From: Eledone cirrhosa
Taxonomy: Eukaryota
Assembly (NCBI GenBank): GCA_964016885.1
Contig: OZ024762.1
Location: 26,846,001 to 26,910,000, forward strand
Direction of reading: 5' to 3'
DNA: 64,000 nucleotides
Shown here: positions 26,915-40,184 of the stretch, in pieces
Layout: each line of letters begins with the position of its first letter
Numbering within the stretch: position 1 is the stretch's first letter
Program-made: the position numbers and the translations under genes
Notes under the pieces: model-generated
The model's input: the letters and a program-made list of their open reading frames with translations, nothing else
Told to the model about the DNA's origin: nothing
Databases searched by the model: none

Positions 26915-28451
26915 ATTATGAAGAGAGAAGAAACATTTAGATATAATTAGTAATAAAATGTATCATACCTAAACTGTTCCTAAATTCCTCGACTACGTAG
27001 TTTCGTGGCATAAACAAAAACAATATATCAAAGATATAGAGTCCTTGCGAGGTCTGCCGACTTATCAAGAGGATACCTCATTTTACTAGTCTCAAGAACG
27101 CGTCTACACGACGTGAGAAAGAATCCCAAAAGGCGGAGGGGGAGACGGTCACGCGATATAACGGTCGAGAAACAGAGCTAAGCCTCTTATAACCACGAAG
27201 AAAATACCACGGAGGCGGAGGGGGCATTCATATCGAGGCCGTAGAAGAGGTAGTGAAGAAGGCGAGAAGTATGAGTAATGGAAGCTTTCCAGTTGTCCCC
27301 ACACTTCAAAGATTGCTCGACCAGAGGGAGTTATTAATATATTTAGAAACACACAGATACATGCGGACACACACATATATACATGAATGCATCCGCACCC
27401 AACTGTGAGTTAAGGGTGCCAACTTCACCGATGTTGCTCAATGAATGACTGGGACAGACCAATTCAGTTTGAACCAGACTGAACCAGTATCAGAGTTAAA
27501 AATACATTATGAAGAGAGAAGAAACATTTAGATATAATTAGTAATAAAATGTATCATACCTAAACTGTTCCTAAATTCCTCGACTACGTAGTTTCGTGGC
27601 ATAAACAAAAACAATATATCAAAGATATAGAGTCCTTGCGAGGTCTGCCGACTTATCAAGAGGATACCTCATTTTACTAGTCTCAAGAACGCGTCTACAC
27701 GACGTGAGAAAGAATCCCAAAAGGCGGAGGGGGAGACGGTCACGCGATATAACGGTCGAGAAACAGAGCTAAGCCTCTTATAACCACGAAGAAAATACCA
27801 CGGAGGCGGAGGGGGCATTCATATCGAGGCCGTAGAAGAGGTAGTGAAGAAGGCGAGAAGTATGAGTAATGGAAGCTTTCCAGTTGTCCCCACACTTCAA
27901 AGATTGCTCGACCAGAGGGAGTTATTAATATATTTAGAAACACACAGATACATGCGGACACACACATATATACATGAATGCATCCGCACCCAACTGTGAG
28001 TTAAGGGTGCCAACTTCACCGATGTTGCTCAATGAATGACTGGGACAGACCAATTCAGTTTGAACCAGACTGAACCAGTATCAGAGTTAAAAATACATTA
28101 TGAAGAGAAGAAACATTTAGATATAATTAGTAATAAAATGTATCATACCTAAACTGTTCCTAAATTCCTCGACTACGTAGTTTCGTGGCATAAACAAAAA
28201 CAATATATCAAAGATATAGAGTCCTTGCGAGGTCTGCCGACTTATCAAGAGGATACCTCATTTTACTAGTCTCAAGAACGCGTCTACACGACGTGAGAAA
28301 GAATCCCAAAAGGCGGAGGGGGAGACGGTCACGCGATATAACGGTCGAGAAACAGAGCTAAGCCTCTTATAACCACGAAGAAAATACCACGGAGGCGGAG
28401 GGGGCATTCATATCGAGGCCGTAGAAGAGGTAGTGAAGAAGGCGAGAAGTA
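26915..28451 (-). mobile_element. Second array of 591-bp HHR units (2.6 copies)
   Basis: Units at 26915, 27506 and 28097. Same start register after (TA)n as the first array, with block-specific SNPs. Confidence 0.9.
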
Positions 28452-28484
28452 TATATATATAGGACTGGCGAGAAGTATATATAT

Positions 28485-29310
28485 ATAGGACTGGAACTGT
28501 CTCATTCTTTAGAATTATTTCTGTCTTTGTCACTCTAAGTATAAACTATAGCCTTAAAGAATTAGCTTTTAATGAATTCCCTTCTCTTTCAACCAATGGC
28601 CTCCACCCATCCCACTCCCCACCCTCTCCTACCACCTGAAAAGATATAAATACCACAACATTTATTTTGGACAGCCAGATTCCTGATGTTTTCTAAAGAA
28701 TCAAACAGTTCTAGTCCTGTAGAATCTCATCTATATTAAAACCTTTATACTCTGCAATGTATTGAGTACCTTACTTACTCTGGTTACCTCCGATTCAACC
28801 CGGAATAAGTTACCTTTTAGCACTCTCTGTGCCCCTTATAACCATCACCAAGAAACTATGCTGACCAAACTTGACCTTGATGTCTCCATGAAGAACATCC
28901 CCATCCCTCCAAGGAAACTTTACCTAAAAACACTTATCAGACATACCGTCGAGTTCATCAAGCGAATTAGATGAAGAGCCCTCTTCCTCGACAACCCTGA
29001 TGTAGCATCTACCAATGATGAGAAGTTCGGCTTCAAAACGAATAAGGCACCACCCACCAACAGCCTACTTGAACCATTTGAAGAAGACCTCTTCAAGATG
29101 ATCAAAGATATCAAATTCCGTAGAGCCACAACACCATTCCGGGCCTACTTAAATACTGAATTGCGGAATATAAAAAATCCCCTAAACTTCATGTCTCCTC
29201 CGATAAAACCAAAAACGTTTATGAGGTAGACCCACAGACCTACAATAAGCTGGCAAAAAATGCCATCACGACCACCTACAAAAAGGTTCTTAACTCTGAA
29301 GCCGAGAATC
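28485..29310 (+). mobile_element. PLE 5' part: inverted tail, pLTR with degenerate HHR (28678-28726), ORF start at 28858
   Basis: SMKNIPIPPRKLYLKTLI...FIKRIR*RALF, FGFKT, FEEDL, SDKTKNVY. The HHR-like motif is homologous to 55113-55161. Confidence 0.75.
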
Positions 29311-29659
29311 ATTCGGTTTCCTAAATAGAATTTGAGTCTACGACTTCAGTTATACCATTTACGTGGTTTTGTCTTTGCGGGTAATTGTACTCACCACTCC
29401 ACCTAATTTGTTCTACTTTAGGCACAGTGCCATCAATTACCCAGTACATTACTGGTACTTTATTTTATCGACCCATGAACGTCTCCATGAAGCACCTAAT
29501 AGAATATTAGTCTACGACTTCATTTATATCATAAACGTGGTTTTGTCTTTGCGTGTAATTGTTTATATATATATATATATATATACTTATATATATACTT
29601 ATATATATATACTTATATATATATATATATATATATACTTATATATATACTTATATATA

Positions 29660-30355
29660 TAGAAGTGGTTATACAGCAGTTAGTTCACCATACCGAGAAC
29701 AATTGTTTCACCTTCAGCTCGGGATATGTATGGTAATAGGACCAGGAAGGACAACCGTACGAATGCGCATGCGCAGAAACTCGGTTACATCACACAGGCA
29801 ATACTAGACTGCGTGCGGGAGGTGTAAGGGAGATAACTGCGAAAGTCCGGAAAGTTTTTAGGTTGAAAATAAAATTAAAAAAATTAAAAATAAAATTACA
29901 AATAATCAGTCCGGAGCCTTGTAGTTATGCAATAGATGTTTGGTGACGTGTGGACAACGTGTGAAAACTTCACTTCTCGTGTTTAGGCAATTACTATTGC
30001 GTAATCTCTTTAGGATAGTTATTCGTTCGTCAATACATAAGCGACACGTCGGGTTTCCCCTTGCGTATGGCTTGGACCTAGTGATGGCTTTCCATTTAAT
30101 GGAGTAGCCTATACTTGAGTCCTTGAGGGACCATACATGGCTCGCGAGTTTCGTGGATGAACGTCTGTCCGGGTAGACTGGTGGTTCAGGAAACGCTCCT
30201 TGAATCGGCGCTCTGCCATGCCCACATAGGATTTGACCTCCTGTGGTTCGTTTGGACTGTTGGAAGTGACCACAGCTTCATAGATTACAGCTGGTGTGTT
30301 GCATTGCTGTTGAAGGGGGCAAGCTTCAGGCTTACGGCAAGAGCACCCTGGTGAC
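29660..30355 (-). mobile_element. PLE 3' end (GIY-YIG plus pLTR with helix-II-deleted HHR at 29693-29722)
   Basis: Minus strand: CSCRKPEACPLQQQC..AVIYEA...YVGMAERRFKERF.NH; ccgag-CTGAAG-gt-GAAA-caattg-TT-ctcgg. Confidence 0.7.
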
Positions 30356-30359
30356 TACC

Positions 30360-31030
30360 GGTACTTAGGAACAAAACTAGACTTAGCTTATGGACCTCCT
30401 TCACTGGTTCACGCTAATAGATAGCAAACAGCAGGTAAATTTTATTCAATTAGACGTAGCGAATTACTACGCGTCAGTATCACCTGTAATAGTGAACAAC
30501 GCCCTCATGAGCGCTATGGTCAAGTCCAACCTAACTAGGAAGGAGGTAACCCTCATAATAGCAGCAAGAAAGACGCTAATTATCTTCGAATACAAGTTAT
30601 GGGAGAGGGGGGACAGACCTGACATTTTCGATATTACTATGGGGTCGAGCGATGACCGATATAGTGAGGATCCATCTCCTCCAAAGATTAGCGGAGGAGA
30701 TCCCAGGGATCGGCGGAGGAATATACAGAGGCGACGCACTATTTACCTTCCGTTCCCTAAACCCCAGCCAGCTGGAGCGTATAAGGAAGCGCATATTGGT
30801 CTTTTTTAAGCAACACGGCCTATCCGTGATGATAAATCCTAGCACTAACACGGTGAATTTCCTGGACGTTACCCTGGAAATGAATACGGGCATTCACCGA
30901 CCTTATCACAAGCCCAATGAGAACCTGCAATATGTGAACAGGCAATCAAACCACCCCAAGTCAGTCATAGAAGCAATAGTTAAAGGGGTATCAAAACGCG
31001 TATCAACCCTTCTATAGCCACGCGAACCCA
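30360..31030 (+). pseudogene. PLE reverse transcriptase fragment, inverted relative to the adjacent EN
   Basis: FIQLDVANYY, FDITMGSSD, GGIYRGDAL, VNFLDVTL, RPYHKPN, SNHP. Confidence 0.8.
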
Positions 31031-31042
31031 TAGTTTAATTAA

Positions 31043-31104
<62 letters not shown>

Positions 31105-31106
<2 letters not shown>

Positions 31107-32128
31107 ACGGAAAAAATGAAACGAAATTTCATTTTCCACTCTTAGTACGGCTGTTACTTAAATATAAGTATGTACACGTACATACATATATGTATACAGA
31201 CGAACAGTAGTATGTATATATATATACATACATGCACACATATATATATGTACGTATGGATTCACCGAACATTTATTATAATGCTCGGTGTGTTTGTAAA
31301 CAAACATCCCGTATTAAGCCGTAGTGTCCAGCAACCATCGTTGCTGGTTTGTTCAACACTGATAGAGGAACGCTGTACTAGTTTCAAGCTTATTAGCTAT
31401 CGTCAGCAACGTATACCTTCCTGTCAGATTGTTGAACGTATATACTTACCTTATGCATATTAACGGCTGAGTAGCCCAATGTGCATATCGAGTGAGTTAA
31501 TCGGCCGGGTGCACCGAAAACGATAAACGGAAAAAATGAAGCGAAATTTCATTTCCCCCTCTTAGTACGGCTGTAACTTAAATATAAGTATGTACATGTA
31601 CATACATATATGTATACAGACGTACAGTAGTATGTATATATATACATACATGCACACATATATCTATGTACGTATGGATTCACCGAACATTTATTATAAT
31701 GCTCGGTGTGTTTGTAAACAAACATCCCGTATTAAGACTAGTGTCCAGCAACCATCGTTGCTCGTTTGTTCAACACTGACAAAGGAACGCTGTACTAGTT
31801 TCAAGCTTATTAGCTATCGTCAGCAACGTATACCTTCCTGTCAGATCGTTGAACGTATATACTTATCTTATGAATATTAACGGCTGTGTAGCACAATTTG
31901 CATATCGAGTGGGTTAATCGGCCGGGTGCACCGAAAACGATAAACGGAAAAAATGAAACGGAATTTCATTTCCCCCTCTTAGTACGGCTGTAATTTAAAT
32001 AGAAGTATTTACACGTACATACATATATGTATACAGAGGTAGAGTAGTATGTATATATATATACATACATGCACACATATATATATGTACGTATGGATTC
32101 ACCGAACATTTATTATAATGCTCGGTGT
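31105..32128 (-). mobile_element. Tandem ~420-bp HHR units; HHRs at 31370-31412 and 31787-31829
   Basis: Minus strand: acgttg-CTGACGA-t agct aata agct t-GAAA-ctag-TA-cagcgt; duplicated at 34552-34594 and 34969-35011. Confidence 0.8.
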
Positions 32129-32137
32129 TTACAAACA

Positions 32138-32822
32138 GGCAGATATTTTAGCTAGGGCCCAACCGTACAATGGACGAAGAAAATCTTGTGATCTCTGTAT
32201 TACCGAAGCATATTACATAACACTATCACGACCTCTACCGATTAACGATAGAACGGAGGTAACTATTAGCTATCAACATCGAAGGGCCAATTCCTTCGCC
32301 AACAGAATATTTGACCCAATATAGTCATCTAGCCCCATTTTTACTTGTAGCTAATAAGTTAAATAGTTATAACTAACTTAGATAATTATAAGTTACCTCC
32401 CCTACATTGTCTCTCAATAAAAAAAATAAAAAAAATAACACTTAACTATAAACTACCCATAATTTCTAATCTCTCGAGTAGTTACTTCCCCTGAAACCAC
32501 CCTCTAATTAGTAAGGTAAATATGTCCATTGGCGGCCATCTTGTTACCCATAGGAAGATCTCACACAATGCAGCCTCGACAGATGAATACTGCTTGATTA
32601 TGGCTGACAATTGATACACCCAGGACACCATAGTGAAATACCAATATATGGAAGATTACATTATGTAACATTCTCTCCTTATCTTAATATATATTCCTTT
32701 CAAGTTCCGATGAGCCGCTCTGTTAATTATTTTCAACTGAACCAGATCAATAACGACATATAGTCATTTGATCCAGAAATATTATATGGAGTAGCGAAAC
32801 AATTGTAAACGGACATTATTAT
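32138..32822 (+). mobile_element. PLE extreme 3' end (EN C-terminus, UTR, pLTR); duplicated at 35320-36004
   Basis: LARAQPY....SCDLCITEAYYI...INDRTE; HHR at 32704-32810. Confidence 0.7.
32704..32810 (+). ncRNA. Hammerhead, U4C core, large loop II (copy at 35886-35992)
   Basis: gtt-CCGATGA-gccgctctgt...atggagtagc-GAAA-caattg-TA-aac. Confidence 0.65.
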
Positions 32823-32823
32823 T

Positions 32824-32997
32824 CAGTATCGGTAGAGGGTCGGACGCCATCCTTTCCAGCATAGTTACGTCACTTTATGATCTGAGTTAAAATCCCGCGG
32901 AGGTTGACTTTGCCTTTCATCCTTACGGGGTCGATAAAATAAAGTACCAGTAATGCACTGGGTATTTTCTGGCCTTGCGCCTAAAGTAGAAACAATT
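32824..32997 (+). mobile_element. tRNA-derived SINE (copy at 36006-36179)
   Basis: cagtatcggtagagggtcggacgcc...gagttaaaatccc...catccttacggggtcgataaaataaagtaccag. Confidence 0.75.
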
Positions 32998-33282
32998 GTT
33001 ATTAATATTATTATTATTATTCTCTACATTCCTTACATCAAACTAAAATATGTTGACAAACTTTTAATAATGTCTTCCTTGTGAAATTTGTTATCTTGTT
33101 TTGCTTAACTAATGAATATTTCCAGCTCTGCGCGCCTAACCTCTGCATGAACCCAACCACCTAGCTGCTTTCTACTGCATATTGCACATTGAGCACATGC
33201 CTTTACGATTTGGGTTCTAACTAATTCACCAATCTCTCCTCTCCTATCTCCATCCCTCTCTTTAAGATAGGATACTCTTGAA

Positions 33283-33348
<66 letters not shown>

Positions 33349-33354
33349 TATATG

Positions 33355-33385
<31 letters not shown>

Positions 33386-33401
33386 ATATATATACATATA
33401 T

Positions 33402-34292
33402 ATGGCGGGTAAAATTCCTGAGATCCATGGACGAGTTATCTCCAGCGGTCTCTGTCCCTCGTTATCGCTGCCATGGCCTGTGCCTCCATCAGACCAGTGT
33501 CTGTCCTCAGGGCGTTAACATTGGTCTTCCTCTTCCAGTGTGTCCATGTAGGGACTCCCACAGGAGCACTGAGTGCAATGTCAACTTTGAATGTCGGTGA
33601 GCATGTCCAGCTAAACTCAGTCTCCTCCGTGTCACTTTTGAGCTGACTTTTGGGAGGCTCCCATACAGCTCTGAGTTTTACATCCTCAGTGTATACACCA
33701 TCACCAAAGCCCAGGTCATTACACCTGATGGGATAACAGAGTTCTTTGAGATACTGGCTGGAGTGCTCCAGGGAGATACATTGGCTCCCTACCTTTTTAT
33801 GATCGTAGTGGACTGTTATATGCGCCTTGCACTGGAGAAACACCAGGTCTCTGGCTTTATTGTAGCACCGGCTCAGAGCAGGAGAGTTAAGGCGAAAAGG
33901 ATATCGGATGCTGAATTTTCTGATGACATAGTTTTGCTGACAAATACAGTGAAGGAGACAGAGGATTTGATGCAGGGGGTGGAGACACTGTCGATGAGTG
34001 TGGGGCTGAGAATGAATGAGACTAAAACAAAATATCTGGTAGAGAATGTTGAGGAGCCAGAGGGGATCACTAATGTAGGCGGGAAACCGCTAGAATTGGT
34101 TGAGGACTTCCTATTTGGGAGCAAAGATCGGGAATACGGAAGATGATGTGGTTGAGAGGAAGAGCAAAGCCTTGGCGGTGTGCCACAGCTTGAGATCGGG
34201 TCTGAGACTTGGTCACTGACCAACAAACTCACTCAGATGGTGGATGGGTACTACACGAGAATGCTTAGGATGGCACTAACCATTAATCAGTA
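33402..34292. mobile_element. RTE/RTEX-like LINE fragment with 5' inversion (copy at 36592-37481)
   Basis: Plus strand 33692-34292: PDGITEFFEILAGVLQGDTLAPYLF, FSDD, ETWSL, MLRMAL. Minus strand 33695-33402: ELYGSLP...RRRLSLAGH...LLWE..GRGRP...DRDRWR. Confidence 0.8.
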
Positions 34293-36464
34293 TGTATATA
34301 TATGCCTATATATATACAAGTATATATATATATATATATATATATAAATATAAGTATGTACACGTACATACATATATGTATACAGACGTACAGTAGTATG
34401 TATATATATATACATACACAGATATATATATGTACGTATGGATTCACCGAACATTTATTATAATGCTCGGTGTGTTTGTAAACAAACATCCCGTATTAAG
34501 CCGTAGTGTCCAGCAACCATCGTTGCTGGTTTGTTCAACACTGATAGAGGAACGCTGTACTAGTTTCAAGCTTATTAGCTATCGTCAGCAACGTATACCT
34601 TCCTGTCAGATTGTTGAACGTATATACTTACCTTATGCATATTAACGGCTGAGTAGCCCAATGTGCATATCGAGTGAGTTAATCGGCCGGGTGCACCGAA
34701 AACGATAAACGGAAAAAATGAAGCGAAATTTCATTTCCCCCTCTTAGTACGGCTGTAACTTAAATATAAGTATGTACATGTACATACATATATGTATACA
34801 GACGTACAGTAGTATGTATATATATACATACATGCACACATATATATATGTACGTATGGATTCACCGAACATTTATTATAATGCTCGGTGTGTTTGTAAA
34901 CAAACATCCCGTATTAAGACTAGTGTCCAGCAACCATCGTTGCTCGTTTGTTCAACACTGACAAAGGAACGCTGTACTAGTTTCAAGCTTATTAGCTATC
35001 GTCAGCAACGTATACCTTCCTGTCAGATCGTTGAACGTATATACTTATCTTATGAATATTAACGGCTGTGTAGCACAATTTGCATATCGAGTGGGTTAAT
35101 CGGCCGGGTGCACCGAAAACGATAAACGGAAAAAATGAAACGGAATTTCATTTCCCCCTCTTAGTACGGCTGTAATTTAAATAGAAGTATTTACACGTAC
35201 ATACATATATGTATACAGAGGTAGAGTAGTATGTATATATATATACATACATGCACACATATATATATGTACGTATGGATTCACCGAACATTTATTATAA
35301 TGCTCGGTGTTTACAAACAGGCAGATATTTTAGCTAGGGCCCAACCGTACAATGGACGAAGAAAATCTTGTGATCTCTGTATTACCGAAGCATATTACAT
35401 AACACTATCACGACCTCTACCGATTAACGATAGAACGGAGGTAACTATTAGCTATCAACATCGAAGGGCCAATTCCTTCGCCAACAGAATATTTGACCCA
35501 ATATAGTCATCTAGCCCCATTTTTACTTGTAGCTAATAAGTTAAATAGTTATAACTAACTTAGATAATTATAAGTTACCTCCCCTACATTGTCTCTCAAT
35601 AAAAAAAATAAAAAAAATAACACTTAACTATAAACTACCCATAATTTCTAATCTCTCGAGTAGTTACTTCCCCTGAAACCACCCTCTAATTAGTAAGGTA
35701 AATATGTCCATTGGCGGCCATCTTGTTACCCATAGGAAGATCTCACACAATGCAGCCTCGACAGATGAATACTGCTTGATTATGGCTGACAATTGATACA
35801 CCCAGGACACCATAGTGAAATACCAATATATGGAAGATTACATTATGTAACATTCTCTCCTTATCTTAATATATATTCCTTTCAAGTTCCGATGAGCCGC
35901 TCTGTTAATTATTTTCAACTGAACCAGATCAATAACGACATATAGTCATTTGATCCAGAAATATTATATGGAGTAGCGAAACAATTGTAAACGGACATTA
36001 TTATTCAGTATCGGTAGAGGGTCGGACGCCATCCTTTCCAGCATAGTTACGTCACTTTATGATCTGAGTTAAAATCCCGCGGAGGTTGACTTTGCCTTTC
36101 ATCCTTACGGGGTCGATAAAATAAAGTACCAGTAATGCACTGGGTATTTTCTGGCCTTGCGCCTAAAGTAGAAACAATTGTTATTAATATTATTATTATT
36201 ATTCTCTACATTCCTTACATCAAACTAAAATATGTTGACAAACTTTTAATAATGTCTTCCTTGTGAAATTTGTTATCTTGTTTTACTTAACTAATGAATA
36301 TTTCCAGCTCTGCGCGCCTAACCTCTGCATGAACCCAACCACCTAGCTGCTTTCTACTGCATATTGCACATTGAGCACATGCCTTTACGATTTGGGTTCT
36401 AACTAATTCACCAATCTCTCCTCTCCTATCTCCATCCCTCTCTTTAAGATAGGATACTCTTGAA

Positions 36465-36535
<71 letters not shown>

Positions 36536-37529
36536 CAGTATATGTATATATATATATAAATTTATATATATATATATATATATACATATATATGGCGGGT
36601 AAAATTCCTGAGATCCATGGACGAGTTATCTCCAGCGGTCTCTGTCCCTCGTTATCGCTGCCATGGCCTGTGCTCTATCAGACCAGTGTCTGTCCTCAGG
36701 GCGTTAACATTGGTCTTCCTCTTCCAGTGTGTCCATGTAGGGACTCCCACAGGAGCACTGAGTGCAATGTCAACTTTGAATGTCGGTGAGCATGTCCAGC
36801 TAAACTCAGTCTCCTCTGTGTCACTTTTGAGCTGACTTTTGGGAGGCTCCCATACAGCTCTGAGTTTTACATCCTCAGTGTATACACCATCACCAAAGCC
36901 CAGGTCATTACACCTGATGGGATAACAGAGTTCTTTGAGATACTGGCTGGAGTGCTCCAGGGAGATACATTGGCTCCCTACCTTTTTATGATCGTAGTGG
37001 ACTATTGTATGTGCCTTGCACTGGAGAAACACCAGGACTCTGGCTTTATTGTAGCACCGGCTCAGAGCAGGAGAGTTAAGGCGAAAAGGATATCGGATGC
37101 TGAATTTTCTGATGACATAGTTTTGCTGACAAATACAGTGAAGGAGACAGAGGATTTGATGCAGGGGGTGGAAACACTGTCGATGAGTGTGGGGCTGAGA
37201 ATGAATGAGACTAAAACAAAATATCTGGTAGAGAATGTTGAGGAGCCAGAGGGGATCACTAATGTAGGCGGGAAGCCGCTAGAATTGGTTGAGGACTTCC
37301 TATTTGGGAGCAAAGATCGGGAATACGGAAGATGATGTGGTTGAGAGGAAGAGCAAAGCCTTGGCGGTGTGCCACAGCTTGAGATCGGGTCTGAGACTTG
37401 GTCACTGACCAACAAACTCACTCAGATGGTGGATGGGTACTACACGAGAATGCTTAGGATGGCACTAACCATTAATCAGTATGTATATATACGCCTATAT
37501 ATATACAAGTATATATATATATATATATA

Positions 37530-37840
37530 TAAATATAAGTATGTACACGTACATACATATATGTATACAGACGTACAGTAGTATGTATATATATATACAT
37601 ACATGCACAGATATATATATGTACGTATGGATTCACCGAACATTTATTATAATGCTCGGTGCATTATAATAAATGTTCGGTGAATCCATACGTACATATA
37701 TATATCTGTGCATGTATGTATATATATATACATACTACTGTACGTCTGTATACATATATGTATGTACGCGTACATACTTATATTTAAGTAACACCCGTAC
37801 GAAGAATGGGAAATGAAATTTCGGTTCATTTTTTCCGTTT
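37530..37840. repeat. Fold-back palindrome of ~420-bp-family tail (centre ~37658)
   Basis: ...catttattataatgc tcggt gcattataataaatg... Confidence 0.8.
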
Positions 37841-38461
37841 ATATATATATATATATAACAGATTAAAGTTTACGCAAAGAATCGGTGCTTTCACCCTTAA
37901 CGGGATCGTCTGAAACTAAAAAAAATCGATCTGTGAACGCAGAAGTAAATATTTCGAAAAAGGTTGCAACCGAAGGAAAACAGGAAGACGATACTTTGGT
38001 TTGTTAAGACGTTTCCTGCAATATATATATTAGAAAAGTGTGAAATCCTTGCTCTAGTTAGGTATATTTAAAAGAAGGAAAAGAATGACTTCACTTGTAG
38101 TTCTGTAAAATTTAACTTACTCTTATAATATTATAATTTTACAATTTGGTTTTGTAGATGCTGTAACTCATGCAAATCTCTTATATATAGAGTCTCACAT
38201 TACAACACAACTTCATATCAGTTTGACAAATGAGAGAAAGTTCTCCAGGAAAGTTCTCCAGGAAAGTTCTCCAGGAACGTTTCTCCAGGAAAGTTCTCCA
38301 AGAAAGTTACCCAGGAGAGTTAACCAGTGATTTTTAAATATCTCCCTACCGAAGTTAACAAAGAACTTACTAGATCTACAAAACCAAATTGTAAAATCAT
38401 AATATTATAAAATTAAATTTAATTATCTAGAACTATAAGTGAAGACATTGTCTTCTTTTCC

Positions 38462-38555
<94 letters not shown>

Positions 38556-39749
38556 TGAAATTTCCGTTGAAAACAGAAAAGGTCATAGAAGTGAAGAGTG
38601 CTCTATGTAAGTACCAGAGCAAAATTTAATGTATAAAAATCAATACAATATAATTACCTCATTACCAGGGTTTTCCCGAATGAGGCGAATACGAAAGAAA
38701 CGTCTTCATTCGTTCGTCAGACGAGGCAATATAAAACATGGGTAAATACTTGGAAAGTATCATCAAGAGAAGCAAAAAAAAAAAAATATAGACAAATGAA
38801 TTAGAATATGAAATATATAAAAATCTTTTAAGAAATATAATTAGGTGTGTGTATATGTATGTATATATGCTCACAGATGTGCATATATGTGTATGCACAA
38901 ATGTATACGTATAGTGAAAAAGTGTGCGTAAATATATAATTTAGGGCAAATGTATCTGTGTATCTGTAAACTACAGACAGAATAGATACATCATAAGAAC
39001 ATGAAGGCACGCGCATAAACACACCTACACACACGTACACTTATATGCGGAAGTAAAAGAGGTAAGGGAGTGTAATAATTAAAGGAGAGTATCAATCTCG
39101 ATATATTTATAAAAATGGAACAATAATTTAGAAAGAAAAAATTAAAGAAAAGAAGACAAACAAGGTACACGCATAGACACACACGTATATCTCACAAAAG
39201 AAACGCAAAAATATACATGCTTATATACACACGCACACTTACACATCCATACTTTCGATACGTACACACACACACACACACATACTTACACTCACGCATA
39301 TTGACCTGTTTGCATGCACACGCATAAAAATGAGGATGTAAAAAAAGGGAAGAAGAAAAAAGAAACAAAACATAAAACCTAGATGTAAACACACGGATAT
39401 AAAGACACATACACATACACATACATATATATATATATATATACAGGCACGCGCGCGCACATACGTAGGCGCTCATGTACATATATAGAAAGTATACACA
39501 CATTAAGGCGTTCAGACACATAGATACAGGGTGTAAAAAACTTGTGGATAAGTCAGTACAAATATAAAATTGTAAGATTGGCTGCGCAAAAATAAAAAAT
39601 AAAAATAAAAATAAAAATATCTGGAATGGAAAACGCAAGTGATTTGTGTAATCAGTTAGTGAAGCAAATAGGGAAGTAAAAAATGGAAAGTGAAGATATT
39701 AGGTAAGTGAATCGGAGAATAAAGGGGGGGGGGGGTTGTGGATGTGAAG

Positions 39750-40029
39750 TAAAAATAAAAAAATATATAAAAATAAAAATAATAAAAATAAAAATAAAAA
39801 TAAAAATAAAAATAAAAATAAAAATAAAAATAAAAATAAAAATAAAAATAAAAATAAAAATAAAAATAAAAATAAAAATAAAAATAAAAATAAAAATAAT
39901 AAAAATAAAAATAAAAATAAAAATAAAAATAAAAATAAAAATAAAAATAAAAATAAAAATAAAAATAAAATTAAAAATAAAAATAAAAATAAAAATAAAA
40001 ATAAAAATAAAAATAAAAATAAAAATAAA

Positions 40030-40060
<31 letters not shown>

Positions 40061-40076
40061 TAAAAATAAAAATAAA
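39750..40076. repeat. (AAAAAT)n hexamer expansion inside the PLE 3' UTR
   Basis: Directly visible; the homologous site at ~53285 has only ~3 units. Confidence 0.95.
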
Positions 40077-40184
40077 TGAAATTAATAATAAGGATAAAAA
40101 TTAAAGTAAATCAGAAAGGGTAATTATAAAGAGAATAATAAGAGTTTATGGAGGAAAGTGTGTTAAGTTTATATGAAAGTGTGT

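Larger units (their letters stand above)
31160..37660. repeat. Tandem duplication of a ~3.18-kb unit (2 copies plus partial)
   Basis: ORF-track duplicates at offsets of 3182-3189 (32049/35231, 33763/36952); few SNPs between copies. Confidence 0.9.

Noticed and set aside
20295-27967. Repeated 75-aa ORF (MCVSACICVF...) in the 591-bp units
   Set aside because: It starts in a TG-repeat stretch, has no recognisable domain, and its identity reflects DNA tandem duplication only.
31170-35062. ORFs MYVWIHRTF.../QQPSLLVCST... in the 420-bp family
   Set aside because: They are antisense to the HHR, the frame varies among copies, and they have no domain.
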